Positions 19,701-30,100 of a stretch of 64,000 bases of DNA are shown here, piece after piece (position 1 is the first letter of the stretch; each line of letters begins with the position of its first letter). The translations under genes and the position numbers were made by a program. The notes below the pieces were generated by a model. That model saw only the letters and a program-made list of their open reading frames with translations. It was not told where the DNA came from and made no database searches. The stretch is from Oculatellaceae cyanobacterium bins.114. GTDB lineage: Bacteria; Cyanobacteriota; Cyanobacteriia; Elainellales; Elainellaceae. Where the stretch lies: assembly GCA_033764315.1 (NCBI GenBank), contig JANRJA010000011.1, forward strand, positions 1 through 64,000, written 5' to 3'.

Positions 19701-22700
19701 TTGGTCGAACGGAACCTGGAGGTGGATCACGGTTAAATGACTGGCAGGGGAATGGTTTAGATTCGGGCAATTACACCATTCAACTTACGGGAGTCAATAG
19801 TCAAACGCCTCGTCCCCTCCCAGGTGGTGTGGGTGGTGTTATAAATGTCCACGCCAATTCTGTTAATGTTTTGGGTGGTGGAAGTTTTAGCGCTGAAACT
19901 CGTGGCAGTGGACCTGCGGGAAATCTTTCGATGACTGCTAATACAGTCACGTTACAAGGAAGTCGCATTACAGCCGCAGCAACGGGAAACAGTCCCACGT
20001 CGCGTGCAGGTAACGTCACCATAAATGCTCAAACAATAGACCTTTCAGATAACTCAGGAATCGTCACGATAAACAGTTCTTCAGCGGTTCCAGTAGCAGA
20101 GCGATCGCGCTTCGGTAACATCCAACTCGACAATGTCAACAATCTCACAGTTGCCAATAGCTTAATTGTCTCGAGAACTGAGAGTGGTGTGGCTGGTAGC
20201 GTTCAGATTAATGGTGGAACGGACAGCTCTGTCACCTTAAGTGGTGTTACAGGTGACTTGAACGGCGATGGGATCATCAACATTCTTGAAGGAGAAGGAG
20301 TTGGAGGTATCGTTACAACAGCAATTGCTGGTGGTCGTGCAGGTGATGTTCTTGTCAATACAAATCGATTATCCATTAGTAGCGATGCTCAAATCACTGC
20401 CAGTAATCGGACAACGGCAGGAAACGGCTCTGGTTCAGCAGGGAATGTAACAGTTTCAGCCAATACGATCACCCTCAATAATGGTGATATCGATGTGGAA
20501 ACGGAAGCGGGAGCGGGTGGTAATGTCATCATTACTGATCTCAATACCCTTAGCGCAACTAATGGTAGTAGTATTTCAACCAGCACCGGTACTGGCATTG
20601 CAGGGAGTATTCGCATTAATGAAGAACAACCTGCTGCATCCACCATTCAATTCACCGATAGTGCGCTGAGAGCTAATGCAGCCTCTGGTCAGGGTAATGC
20701 TGGGGATGTAACTGTAAATACGCAAGGTTTGACCGTGGAGCGATCGCGCATCTTAGCTCAAACCGTTTCTGGTACAGGTGGTGATATTACCCTGACAGGC
20801 TTAAGGGATTTAAGTGCCACGAATAGTCAAATTTCGGCCTCAACAGATAGTGGTATTGCGGGTAATGTGACAATCAATGCCACTGACTCAGTGGTGCTTA
20901 CGGGAAATGGTCCTCTCACCAATAGTGGCGACCCAAGCGATCGCCCAGGTATTTCTGTTCAAGCAAGAAATGGGGGGAATGCTGGAGATATTGCCATTAC
21001 TACCCCTACACTCACTGTTCAAAATGGTGCTCGTGTCTCAGCATCAACTGCTGGTAATAACGGGGGTGATCTGGGAGGCAGCATTACCGTTACAGCAGAT
21101 ACGGTCAGCCTGTTTGGGCAACCCAATGAATCTGATAGCCAGCGTACAGGGCTGTTTTCAGAGACGAATGGAGCAGCTAATGCGGGCGACCTTACCCTGC
21201 AACCTCTACCTGGTACGGGCGATCTCCAGATCAACTTTTCTAATGGAGCACAATTATCAGCCTTAACTAGGGGCAGCGGCGAGGGGGGAAATGTGTCAAT
21301 TATCGCTCCACAATCAGTAGCGATCGCGGGGAATGGCACCGTTTCGGTTGATACCCGCAACACTGGTCAGGGAGGAAGAATTGACATCAACGCACCCACC
21401 CTCACCATTCGAGACGGAGCCAGAGTTTCCACCTCCACAAGTGGTACGGGTGCGGGTGGGAAGATTAGGGTCACTGCGGATACCGTTAATCTGTCAGGAG
21501 CAACCACCGCCTTATCATCCAATACATCCAATACTGGCGCTGCTGGAACGCTTAACCTGATTCCTGCAACGGGGCGATCGCTCACGGTTAATTTTGAGGA
21601 TGGGGCACAACTGTCAGCCCGAACCACCGGGCAAGGGGAGGGCGGCAATGTCTTTTTAGGAGATGATCCGAGGATTGCCCCAGCACCGTTAGAGGCTATT
21701 TCGCTCCGAGGGAGAGGCAGTTTACAGGTGTCTGCTGAAGGAGGCGGAAATGCAGGTTTATTAGGAATCAATACCAATTTATTTAACCTTGGAACTGGAG
21801 TTCGTCTTGTAGCCAATTCAATTCGTAGTCGAGCTGGAGCGGTTGCGTTTCGCTCAGGAGACGTGTTTGTGATTGACTCTCGGATTGAAGCCTCAACATC
21901 ACTGAACTCTGCTGGGGGCATTATTGTTCAAGCCAATAGACGGGTTCAGCTCCGGGGCACGTTCCAGAATGACAATGGTACCGTTCTTCCAGCGGGGCTG
22001 TTTGTTGAGGGCGGTGCGAGCGGAGAAGCTGGATTTTTAACCATCACTACGCCCCGATTAATCATCGAAAATGGTGCTCAAGCCTCAGCTAGAGCCAGGG
22101 CAGGAAGGGGTGGCGGTGTTTCCGTAAATGCACATTCCATTGAGATCAACAGTCGTGGAGAGACCAGAACGCGCACAGGCATTCTTGCCAGTTCTACCTC
22201 TGGTACTGGCGGTAATATTCTTCTCTTTGGAGTGAATCAACTCAATCTCCAAGATGGAGTCATTTCTGCTGAAACACAAACGGGTGTTGCAGGCAATGTG
22301 CGAGTTAATGCAGCAGGTGGAACAGTGCAACTGAGGGGTAGCAGAACTCGGCTAACCGCAAGCGCGACAGGAGAGGGTGGACGAGCAGGTAATGTGGAGA
22401 TCATTGCTCGTCGCGTTAATGTGGAGAATGGAGCAAGATTGACGGCACAGGCAACTGGAAGACAAGGACGAGCAGGTAATGTGACGGTGACTGCTAGAGG
22501 GGGGAGCCTGACGGTGAGCGGTGGAGCTGAGTTAACCGTAAGGAATCGAGATGGGGTTGCAGGTAATCTCAGGATCAACGCAGGGACAGTTATTTTGAAC
22601 CGTGGCAACCTGATTGCGATCGCCGGACTGGGTGACAATGGCAATATTATAGTCACACAATCCGGTTTGTTATTCCGGCCTCAGAACAACAGTCGCATCT

Positions 22701-23350
22701 CAGCACAGGCGATCAACAGTGCTTCTGGGGGAACTGTTAGGTTAAATGTGCCAAATGGTTTTGTTTTAACCAACTATCTGGAGAATAACGATATTATTGC
22801 CAGTGCCTTAGGGGAGGGGGATGGCGGGAGTGTCCGGATTACTGCCCTGGGTATTTTTGGTTTAGAACAGCGCTCCGAAGAGACATCCTATAGCGATATT
22901 GTTGTCACCTCTCGATTTGGCACCGATGGTACGGTTGTGCTGGACACCTTAGGCGTTGACCCTACCCGAGGGCTGGCAGCCGTCCCCGAACTGGTTGACC
23001 CTAGCGATCAGGTGGATCAAGGTTGCGGAGCAGATGGTGCGATCGCCCAAACACAAAATCAACAGACGCAAAATCAATTTGTTGTCAGCGGACGGGGGGG
23101 ATTACCTGCACAACCCACCGGCAGTTTAACCCCCGATGCAATTACCGGTGATTGGGTATCTCTGGAAGGAACTGCTACCGAGCAAGCGACCGTACCCTCA
23201 TCCCGTGCAGAGCTTCAGGAGATGACAGAAATTGTGGAAGCACAGGGCTGGTCGGTTAGTGAAAAAGGGGATGTGATTCTGACTGCGCCTCCAACTGCAA
23301 CAGCTCCTTCCGATCAATTTAGCACTACTACCTGTCAATCATCCCTATGA
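16790..23350 (+). CDS. Large filamentous-haemagglutinin-family exoprotein (TPS/haemagglutination domain, beta-helix repeats, embedded PPC-like domain)
   Basis: AQIVPDNTLG, NLFHSF, NLFLLNPNGIIFG, many G.(A/G)G.I.I repeats, cyanobacterial C-tail GRGGLP...IVEAQGW. Confidence 0.92.
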   Translation: MPALSPLLRWLSTGATVLGSFSLLTQSTALAQIVPDNTLGNEPSRVRSGVTLRGQVADQIEGGAVRGANLFHSFSDFDVNQGQRVYFANPTGIDNIISRVTGRNVSNIDGLLGVDGLANLFLLNPNGIIFGPNAQLDVSGSFTASTGDRFTFPDGSEFSATNPQAPPLLTVSVPIGLQYGAAPEAIASEANLSAGQDLTLFGGNLNLQGQLTAGETLSLNAQERIQVQSGSTLFSGRDTVVQSPIRLLGDANYTVGGYFIIQELDGTPVESLDPRNNTSIIRTNGDVTLTGEYSGPPLFILAGGKVQLSGVSITSFGITRDISDGTGGNQTITVNPQQALSVSSGVDWAAEGGLTSANEPASLGGASVTYGTATGGNLDLQGQLATNGENIALTARDNIALTVDGTLNLQGQLRAEGTLTLEAQGAIASQANLSAGQDLTLNGRNLNLLQGQLNATGNLTLQAQNTLQIQDSETQPFQATAGNQLLLQGDQAVDISLNNYGSSLNAGGDLVLRSTSGNINISGGTLNSSSTNTPAGQISINGQNVTLSNTEINSRSSSSTGGQITIAASGNVRISDRSINSTSQASSGGPVSISGQNVTLERVGIDTASFGGSGGSGGVSITANGGTARLLGGDSRPTIYADSFNSDSGSSGGDIRIEAATIDISDYELNAAVNSSGSGSDIILSATGNIRLDNSTFTTEVQAEASGSGGGIQINDVGSLSLNNSILSASTAGAGAAGQIRIAARNDVTLTNGSQIRSNVETGASGRGGDIQINAPSLSLTSTPSEPSSPPQPSQISASTAGSGNAGTITLGSANDPIEQITISGNGSGIFVTTNDYLDPTVSTFGEQDDVGQLLNNARLITDVSQIIGSLENPDDVDLYRIELNGQPFSATTQGTVVDTRLFLFDQQGLGVYANEDISDSDFSSRLPEDNALTPTASGTYYLAVSSYGRYPVSPNGSIFGLESAAFTDVVGRTEPGGGSRLNDWQGNGLDSGNYTIQLTGVNSQTPRPLPGGVGGVINVHANSVNVLGGGSFSAETRGSGPAGNLSMTANTVTLQGSRITAAATGNSPTSRAGNVTINAQTIDLSDNSGIVTINSSSAVPVAERSRFGNIQLDNVNNLTVANSLIVSRTESGVAGSVQINGGTDSSVTLSGVTGDLNGDGIINILEGEGVGGIVTTAIAGGRAGDVLVNTNRLSISSDAQITASNRTTAGNGSGSAGNVTVSANTITLNNGDIDVETEAGAGGNVIITDLNTLSATNGSSISTSTGTGIAGSIRINEEQPAASTIQFTDSALRANAASGQGNAGDVTVNTQGLTVERSRILAQTVSGTGGDITLTGLRDLSATNSQISASTDSGIAGNVTINATDSVVLTGNGPLTNSGDPSDRPGISVQARNGGNAGDIAITTPTLTVQNGARVSASTAGNNGGDLGGSITVTADTVSLFGQPNESDSQRTGLFSETNGAANAGDLTLQPLPGTGDLQINFSNGAQLSALTRGSGEGGNVSIIAPQSVAIAGNGTVSVDTRNTGQGGRIDINAPTLTIRDGARVSTSTSGTGAGGKIRVTADTVNLSGATTALSSNTSNTGAAGTLNLIPATGRSLTVNFEDGAQLSARTTGQGEGGNVFLGDDPRIAPAPLEAISLRGRGSLQVSAEGGGNAGLLGINTNLFNLGTGVRLVANSIRSRAGAVAFRSGDVFVIDSRIEASTSLNSAGGIIVQANRRVQLRGTFQNDNGTVLPAGLFVEGGASGEAGFLTITTPRLIIENGAQASARARAGRGGGVSVNAHSIEINSRGETRTRTGILASSTSGTGGNILLFGVNQLNLQDGVISAETQTGVAGNVRVNAAGGTVQLRGSRTRLTASATGEGGRAGNVEIIARRVNVENGARLTAQATGRQGRAGNVTVTARGGSLTVSGGAELTVRNRDGVAGNLRINAGTVILNRGNLIAIAGLGDNGNIIVTQSGLLFRPQNNSRISAQAINSASGGTVRLNVPNGFVLTNYLENNDIIASALGEGDGGSVRITALGIFGLEQRSEETSYSDIVVTSRFGTDGTVVLDTLGVDPTRGLAAVPELVDPSDQVDQGCGADGAIAQTQNQQTQNQFVVSGRGGLPAQPTGSLTPDAITGDWVSLEGTATEQATVPSSRAELQEMTEIVEAQGWSVSEKGDVILTAPPTATAPSDQFSTTTCQSSL

Positions 23351-26061
23351 AGCTCCCAACCTCCCTCAGACGTGCTTTCGTTTTTCTGCTACTCGTCGCA
23401 TTGACTGCTGGGCTGTGCGGGATTGCCACTCCAGGATTGGCGCAACGCTCCGATCGCCAGGTTGCTGTTAATTTATCTGAGGTCAACCCACCCCTAGCGA
23501 CCCAACCAGCGTCTCTGCTCGACCAGGGGAAAGCTCTGTACGACGCAGAACAGTTCAGTCGAGCCGTACCCATTCTGCAACAGGCTGTACAAGAGGCACA
23601 AGCGAGAGGGAATAGACTGCAACAAGCGATCGCTCTCAGTAATTTATCCCTGACCTATCAACAACTGGGTGCCTGGGCGGAAGCGGAACAAGCACTGCAA
23701 CAAAGTTTAGGTTTGTTAGAACCACAACAAGCCACGGTTACAACACAGCAACTCTCGGTGCTGGCACAAACGCTGAATGTGCAGGCACGGTTGCAGTTGG
23801 GGCAAGGACAGGCACAAGCTGCTCTAGAAACCTGGGAACGTACTGCAATGCTGTATCAGCAGTTGGAGAATACAACTGGGGTAGTTCAGAGCCGGATTAA
23901 TCAATCGCAAGCATTGCGATCACTGGGGTTTTATAATCGAGCGATCGCCACACTCACAGACATTCAGAGACTCCTCGAATCTAGTGCCGATTCCCTGGAT
24001 AAAGCAGTGGCACTTCGTAGTTTAGGAGATGCGTTGCGGGTTTCGGGCACACTGGACAAATCCTATGAACAACTAGAACAGAGTTTACAGATTGCTCAGG
24101 CGATTGGAGAGGCTAAGGCGATCGCGGCAGCACAAATTAGTTTGGCAAACACACGGCAAGCTCAGGCATCAGAGATTAACTTAGACGTAGCAGACCGCAC
24201 TGATCAGGAGCGTGTTCGCCAATGGCGCGGTGAAGCCCTTCAGCGTTATCAGTCTGTGGTGGAAACCCGTCCATCCCTGCCACTGTTGATGGTGGTACAG
24301 GCACAATTGAATCAACTTAATCTGTTAATTTCAATGGAGCGTATTGCTGAGGCAGTACGGCTGATACCTGCGATTCAAACCCAGTTAAACCAACTACCCT
24401 CCAGTCGAGCGGCGATCGATGCTCAAGTAAATTTTGCTCACAGTTTGATCGATCTGAAGCCAGGTGCTACTGTTACGCCTGCTGAATTACCTTCAGTACT
24501 GGATATTGCTAACGGGTTATCTACTGCTTATCAACAGGCAATTCAATTGAACGATCAACGAGCCATTTCCTATGTTTTGGGAACGTTGGGGTATCTTTAC
24601 GAACAATCAGAGCAATTCAGCGATGCCAAACCATTAACCCAACAAGCGATGATCCTATCGCAGTCCATTCAGGCCGATGATTTGAGCTATCGCTGGCAAT
24701 GGCAACTGGGGCGGATGGTGAAGTTGGAGAATCAGCAGAGTGAGGCGATCGCCCTGTATAGCGAAGCGTACAACAGTCTACAACGGGTTCGCAATGACCT
24801 GATTGCAGCCAACCCGGATCTCCAGTTTTCCTTCCGCAACGACGTAGAACCGATTTACCGGGATCTGGTTGATTTGTTGCTGCAAAAAGCCCCCCAGGTT
24901 TTCAAGCCGAAAGAGAAGCAAGCGATTCTAGGACAGGCTCGATCGATTATCGACTCGTTGCGGGTGGCAGAATTGCAAAACTTCTTTCGGGCAGCCTGTC
25001 TAGATGCCACCTCGCAAATTGATGCGATCATTAACGAGCAAACCCCAACCGCGGCAGTGATTTATCCGATCCTGTTGCGCGATCGCCTGGAAATCATCCT
25101 GAAGCTGGCTGGAACGGATCTGATGCAGTATACACTGCCCGCTTCATCTGAAGCTGAGATCACCCAGGTTCTCAAAACATTTCGCCGTGAGTTGCAAGAA
25201 CCCTATACCTTCCGTTCGACTAAAGAAATTGGACAGCAGGTTTACAATTGGTTAGTTCAACCAATGCGTGATGAGTTGGATCGACGGGGTATTAAAACAC
25301 TGATCTTTGTACTGGATGGCGCACTGCGAAATATCCCCATGAGTGCGCTTTATGATGGTAACCATTATTTGATCGAGAACTTTGCAGTTTCGCTGGAACT
25401 GGGTCTGACCATTCGCAATCCGCTTCCCTTAAGGCGCAATGCGATGCGAATTCTGGCGGCAGGGCTGGTGAATCCTCCCCCCACTGCCAGCACCTACGCC
25501 CAGTTACCCAATGTTACAACAGAATTAGATTTCATTAGCTCGTTAGGCTTACCCGCTACGATCCTGCGCGATACCGAATTCACGAAACCACTGTTTAAAC
25601 AGTCCCTCCAGCAGGCAAACCCCCAGGTCATCCATCTGGCAACCCACGGGCAGTTTGGTGTGAATCCCGAAGATACCTTCATTCTGTATGCGGACGGGAA
25701 AGTACCCCTCAATCAATTAGCCGATCTGTTTAAGACGGAACAACGGGGGCGATCGCGTGCGGTTGAACTGCTGGTGTTGAGTGCCTGCCGTACCGCAACG
25801 GGGGATAGTCGTACCGTTCTGGGGATTGCCGGAACCGCTGTTGAAGCAGGGGCGCGGAGTGCGATCGCCTCACTCTGGAGCTTAAACGATGCGGCTACGG
25901 TTCCCGTCATTGAGGAACTCTATCGCCATCTGGGGCAGGAGGGTGTCACCCGTGCTGAGGCTCTGCGACAGGCGCAACTGAAATTGCTGCAAGAGCCAGA
26001 GGGCCTCTATACCCATCCCCGCTACTGGTCGCCCTATGTGCTGGTGGGTAGTTGGCTTTAG
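23347..26061 (+). CDS. TPR + CHAT (caspase-like) domain protein with N-terminal signal/TM segment
   Basis: TPR repeats; catalytic HLATHG and VLSAC intact; ASLW, HPRYW; ATGA overlap with the haemagglutinin gene. Confidence 0.93.
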   Translation: MKLPTSLRRAFVFLLLVALTAGLCGIATPGLAQRSDRQVAVNLSEVNPPLATQPASLLDQGKALYDAEQFSRAVPILQQAVQEAQARGNRLQQAIALSNLSLTYQQLGAWAEAEQALQQSLGLLEPQQATVTTQQLSVLAQTLNVQARLQLGQGQAQAALETWERTAMLYQQLENTTGVVQSRINQSQALRSLGFYNRAIATLTDIQRLLESSADSLDKAVALRSLGDALRVSGTLDKSYEQLEQSLQIAQAIGEAKAIAAAQISLANTRQAQASEINLDVADRTDQERVRQWRGEALQRYQSVVETRPSLPLLMVVQAQLNQLNLLISMERIAEAVRLIPAIQTQLNQLPSSRAAIDAQVNFAHSLIDLKPGATVTPAELPSVLDIANGLSTAYQQAIQLNDQRAISYVLGTLGYLYEQSEQFSDAKPLTQQAMILSQSIQADDLSYRWQWQLGRMVKLENQQSEAIALYSEAYNSLQRVRNDLIAANPDLQFSFRNDVEPIYRDLVDLLLQKAPQVFKPKEKQAILGQARSIIDSLRVAELQNFFRAACLDATSQIDAIINEQTPTAAVIYPILLRDRLEIILKLAGTDLMQYTLPASSEAEITQVLKTFRRELQEPYTFRSTKEIGQQVYNWLVQPMRDELDRRGIKTLIFVLDGALRNIPMSALYDGNHYLIENFAVSLELGLTIRNPLPLRRNAMRILAAGLVNPPPTASTYAQLPNVTTELDFISSLGLPATILRDTEFTKPLFKQSLQQANPQVIHLATHGQFGVNPEDTFILYADGKVPLNQLADLFKTEQRGRSRAVELLVLSACRTATGDSRTVLGIAGTAVEAGARSAIASLWSLNDAATVPVIEELYRHLGQEGVTRAEALRQAQLKLLQEPEGLYTHPRYWSPYVLVGSWL

Positions 26062-26288
26062 AACAGGTCAGTATTGGCAACTAAAGTTGTCCCGCTTATA
26101 TCACTCTCTTAGATAAGAACAGAACCAAACATGGTCAGGTTATTCTCGTTGCTGAATCAACGACGGAAGCGATCGCACCAGCAGCGTTACAGAATCCAGG
26201 GCGGTGTTCAGTTGCCGTAGCCCCCAACCCTCTGTCTCATTAACCAGCCTCAACGTTAACCACTCTCAATGCAATTCTGGCAATGAAC

Positions 26289-27047
26289 TCACCGGGAACT
26301 CACTGGCGTTAATTCGGGAATCGCTTGTTGCGAAATGCCTTCTAACTCATACGCTCCCAGGATGCGTGACCATAGGGGTTGCAGACTGCGATCGCTAGAA
26401 TAATCAGCCAGACTTGCTAAAGCGTCATACCAGGCATTTTCGGCTTCGTAGGCGCGGTAGTGTGACGGCCCTGGCAACACCCGCAACTTTAACGCCAGGT
26501 TATCACTCGGTGCAGTCCGTTGAATCCAACCGCTAATGACTGGATTGCGCGAGGGTTCTTCTGCGTCACAGATGATTGAGAAATACCAGTTATATCGCTG
26601 ATTTGTGGCTAAAGGGGGTGCTGTTTCAGGGAGCCTAAACTGCACTAGACCAATCGTCTCTGGCAACGTGACTCGAATGGGACGGTCGATCGCGTAGTTT
26701 TGTTGATCATCCAGCAGCATGAACTCGGCATAGGCCATCTGAGGCGATCGCGCAAAAGGTACGTAAAACAAGAAGGTTGGATAATCTTGCGTGGTTGAAC
26801 CCACCCCATCAGGCGGCACGAATGCAAACAAAGGCTGGTTACTTACTGGGGCACTACATCCATCATCGCGAATCGATGCTCCCTCACCAGTCCCTCGTCT
26901 TGGGGCTTCACGATTTCGACGACCAAATAAAAGGTCGAAAAGCCCTGCCTGCGCGGGGGGAGTGAGCGTTAGCACTAGCATTGAACTAATGCTAAAAACC
27001 ACTATCCATCCTAAACAGCGTTGTATTAATCGAGTTTGCCAGATCAC
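26289..27047 (-). CDS. DUF928 domain protein, secreted
   Basis: Signal peptide, GASIR..C, T...YPTF.FYVP, Y.WYFSIIC, WYDAL. Confidence 0.88.
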   Translation of the reverse strand: MIWQTRLIQRCLGWIVVFSISSMLVLTLTPPAQAGLFDLLFGRRNREAPRRGTGEGASIRDDGCSAPVSNQPLFAFVPPDGVGSTTQDYPTFLFYVPFARSPQMAYAEFMLLDDQQNYAIDRPIRVTLPETIGLVQFRLPETAPPLATNQRYNWYFSIICDAEEPSRNPVISGWIQRTAPSDNLALKLRVLPGPSHYRAYEAENAWYDALASLADYSSDRSLQPLWSRILGAYELEGISQQAIPELTPVSSR

Positions 27048-27191
27048 AAAACGACTCTAGAGAATATATACACAACAGCCTTATAAAATGGGTCGGGAGG
27101 AGTCTTAAAGATTGAATTGGAATAACCATACCATGCGTTACTAGAAATTGCTGTATACGCCTCACAACGTTTAGCATTCACACCTAATGCG

Positions 27192-30100
27192 TTACCAGGG
27201 ATTGCGAATGCGATAGCTGAGATAGGCAACGCCCGCTCCAGATATCACAAAGGCGATCGCCCCTGGAACTAACGGCATCCATCCACTAGAAACAATAAAA
27301 ATGCCATAGCAACTGCCCACCAATAGCACAAACGCTCCCGTTGTTGCTAAGCACAAATGAATGGGTCTAACCAACCCCCAAAATACCAATCCACCCGTGA
27401 TTGACCAGCCCAAGATCCACAACAGTTCGCCCTCCATCGACATCCACCAGATCAACGGTCGTTGATCCAAAACAGTGCTAATTAATTGACTGATCATTTG
27501 TCCCTGGAGAAACACACCTGCAATTCGCCCATGAGGAGAGAACCAAACATCGGCATTGCGATCGCTGGTGTCAGTGTAACCAATCAAAACAATGCGATCG
27601 CGGATACATTCAGCCGCAACTTTGTTTTGCAACACGTCAGCCAATGTCACCGTATCGGCAAAGGTTTCAACTGGATTGTCAGAAAGTTTGGCAGAGGGTT
27701 GAGCAACACAAGAAGACAATTGAGTGCGATCGCCTACGCGATAATTCAACATGAGTTGATACCCACCCAGCAATGGATCAAGAGGAGAATACCCACTGCC
27801 ATCTCCTCTAAGCAGGGGAATGGGTGTTTCCCCAAAGCGCATAACCCCATCAGATGACGGCTCGTCCGGATGAATAAAGGGTTTGTTGAGTGCATCTAGA
27901 TACCGCCGCACCAAAACTAAGCTAAACGATTGGTCTGTATTGCAAAACTCTGGATCAGCAGAGCTAATCAGCAATTGCCGACGCACAAGGCGATTGGTTC
28001 CATCTGCAAGGGCGTTTGCAAATCCAATGGATTCAAGGTCAGTAATAGTGCGATTGGGGATACCGTCTGTAGGATTGCCTTGATTATCCCATGCTCTAGA
28101 TAAGCAATTGCCGATGATGTTGGGGGAATTGGCCAGGCGATCGCGCAAAATGGGTTCTGCAGGAAAATCACGATAAAAATCTAGCCCAATGAGCCGGGGT
28201 TGGTGAGATTCTAAAATCTTGAGCACATCATTAAGGGCAGCATCAGGAATGGTACCAATACCGGGTTGATAGACTCTATTAATCATCTGTTCGCGTAACA
28301 GAGAGCCGCTAGAACTATCAACTTTGACAATGAGTAGATGTGGGTCGAGCGGTTCAACCGGGCGCAGTTGCACGAAGCTGTCATATGCCCTCAGCTCTAG
28401 TGGTTGCAGGAAACCTAGCACACGAGCGATCGCCACTAAAATCATGGCTGCCACACTAGTGAACAATGCAGACCGCAACTTGATTTTACGAAATGGTAAC
28501 GCTTGACTGGCTTGGATATAATCTTGTTGCAAAGGGGTGAGTTTAGGCTCTTTTGTTTCAGCGATCGCCAGCCACTCCATAGCTGTTTTTAGTGGTTTCC
28601 CACGCAACAACAAATCATCATCTCGATTAGACTGTACCCATTCCTTCGCTTTGACAAGCAATCGTGTATGCAACTGCACATATTCCGGATCACTTGCGAG
28701 TAAGCGAATGAGTTCACCAAAACTTTTCAGCAAATCATCTTGATGATCTCTAAAATCAATCCATTGAATCGTGCTCAGCACAGGCGGTAACTCATGAGGA
28801 GGAACATCCTGATATAAAACTGTCACCAGTCGTTTGTTAAGCGACACAGCGTAGTTCAGTTGATCTAAGCAATCGGTTGACTGAATAGAATTTGGAGAGA
28901 TCACAAACAAAAAATTATCCGAGTTCTCAATTCCCTGTTGAATCGCAAGTTGAGAATCCTGCCCACTCTCCAGGCTCTCTTGAGCAAACCAGGTTCCCAT
29001 GCCCTGAAGTTGCAAGTTGTCATTAAATTTGCGAACAAATTCAATATCTAGGGGTGAATAGCCAATGAAGACATTAAAGGTTTGGTCGTGGGGTTGTTGT
29101 TGGCTTGCTTCAATAAATTCTTGGTGGATTGGCAGCGGAGCAAATTGAGGGTGATGAACGGCTTCCTTTAACCAGGCTTCTGCTTGCCGTAAGTAACTTC
29201 CTTGTAACAAAATGCTAGGGTTGTCGTACTGATATTCCCATTTCAAGGCTCGAACGAGCAGAAGTTTATGTTGTCTATGGTAGTTCTCATTTTGCCGTAA
29301 CGTATTCAGCAGTTGAGCTTCACAAGTGTGGTAATTGTCTTCACTGATCACAGTGGTGAGGTCAATATATTGCAAGTCATGCAAGGCAAAAGGAACATGA
29401 TTCATGTCAACTAAACGCAACAACAACGGCACAATCCGTTTGTTGAGTTGATGTGCATACTCAATTTCCATCTGGCAATATTCTGATTGCAATGAATCGG
29501 ATGACATTAAGTAAACTAAGTTGTCAGATTGCTCAATTCCCCGTCGCAATGCTCTGGTAAAGTCTTCCCCAATTTGAATATCAGTACTGGTAGACCATAC
29601 TGTGATCCCCTGATATCGAAGTGAATGACGTACCTTCTCCATAATTTCCCGATCTTCATTCGCATAAGAGAGAAAAACTTGAGTCATCAAATTTTGCTCG
29701 TTTTTGATGCTCTCAGTAATGAATTCGGCGTGTAGTTCGGTGGGGTTGCATGGGGCTTGTTCTCCCTTAAATCGAGTCTTAAGCCATGCTTCTGCTAACT
29801 CCAACTCTTTCCCTGTAAGTAAATCATGAGTTTTACGGTGATGACGGCTCCAACTTAAGGCTTTTGATAACAATACGGTGTGGTGATACACATAGGATTG
29901 GTGACGCTCTAAAGCTGACTTCAAATTTGTCAAGGCAGCGTCAAAACCATCCACTTCATTCTGAAAATTGACCCAGTTGATACTTTGAATGGCTGGATGC
30001 ATATTGGGATAACTGGAGTGCAAACCCCTAGCTCTGTAATCCTCCCATTGCTCATCTGTACCATTGGGATTACGCTGTCGCCAGATTTCTTGATTGATTT

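Noticed and set aside
27044-27229. 61-aa ORF bridging TIR-CHASE2 and DUF928
   Set aside because: Overlaps both genes and has no motif; cannot be supported
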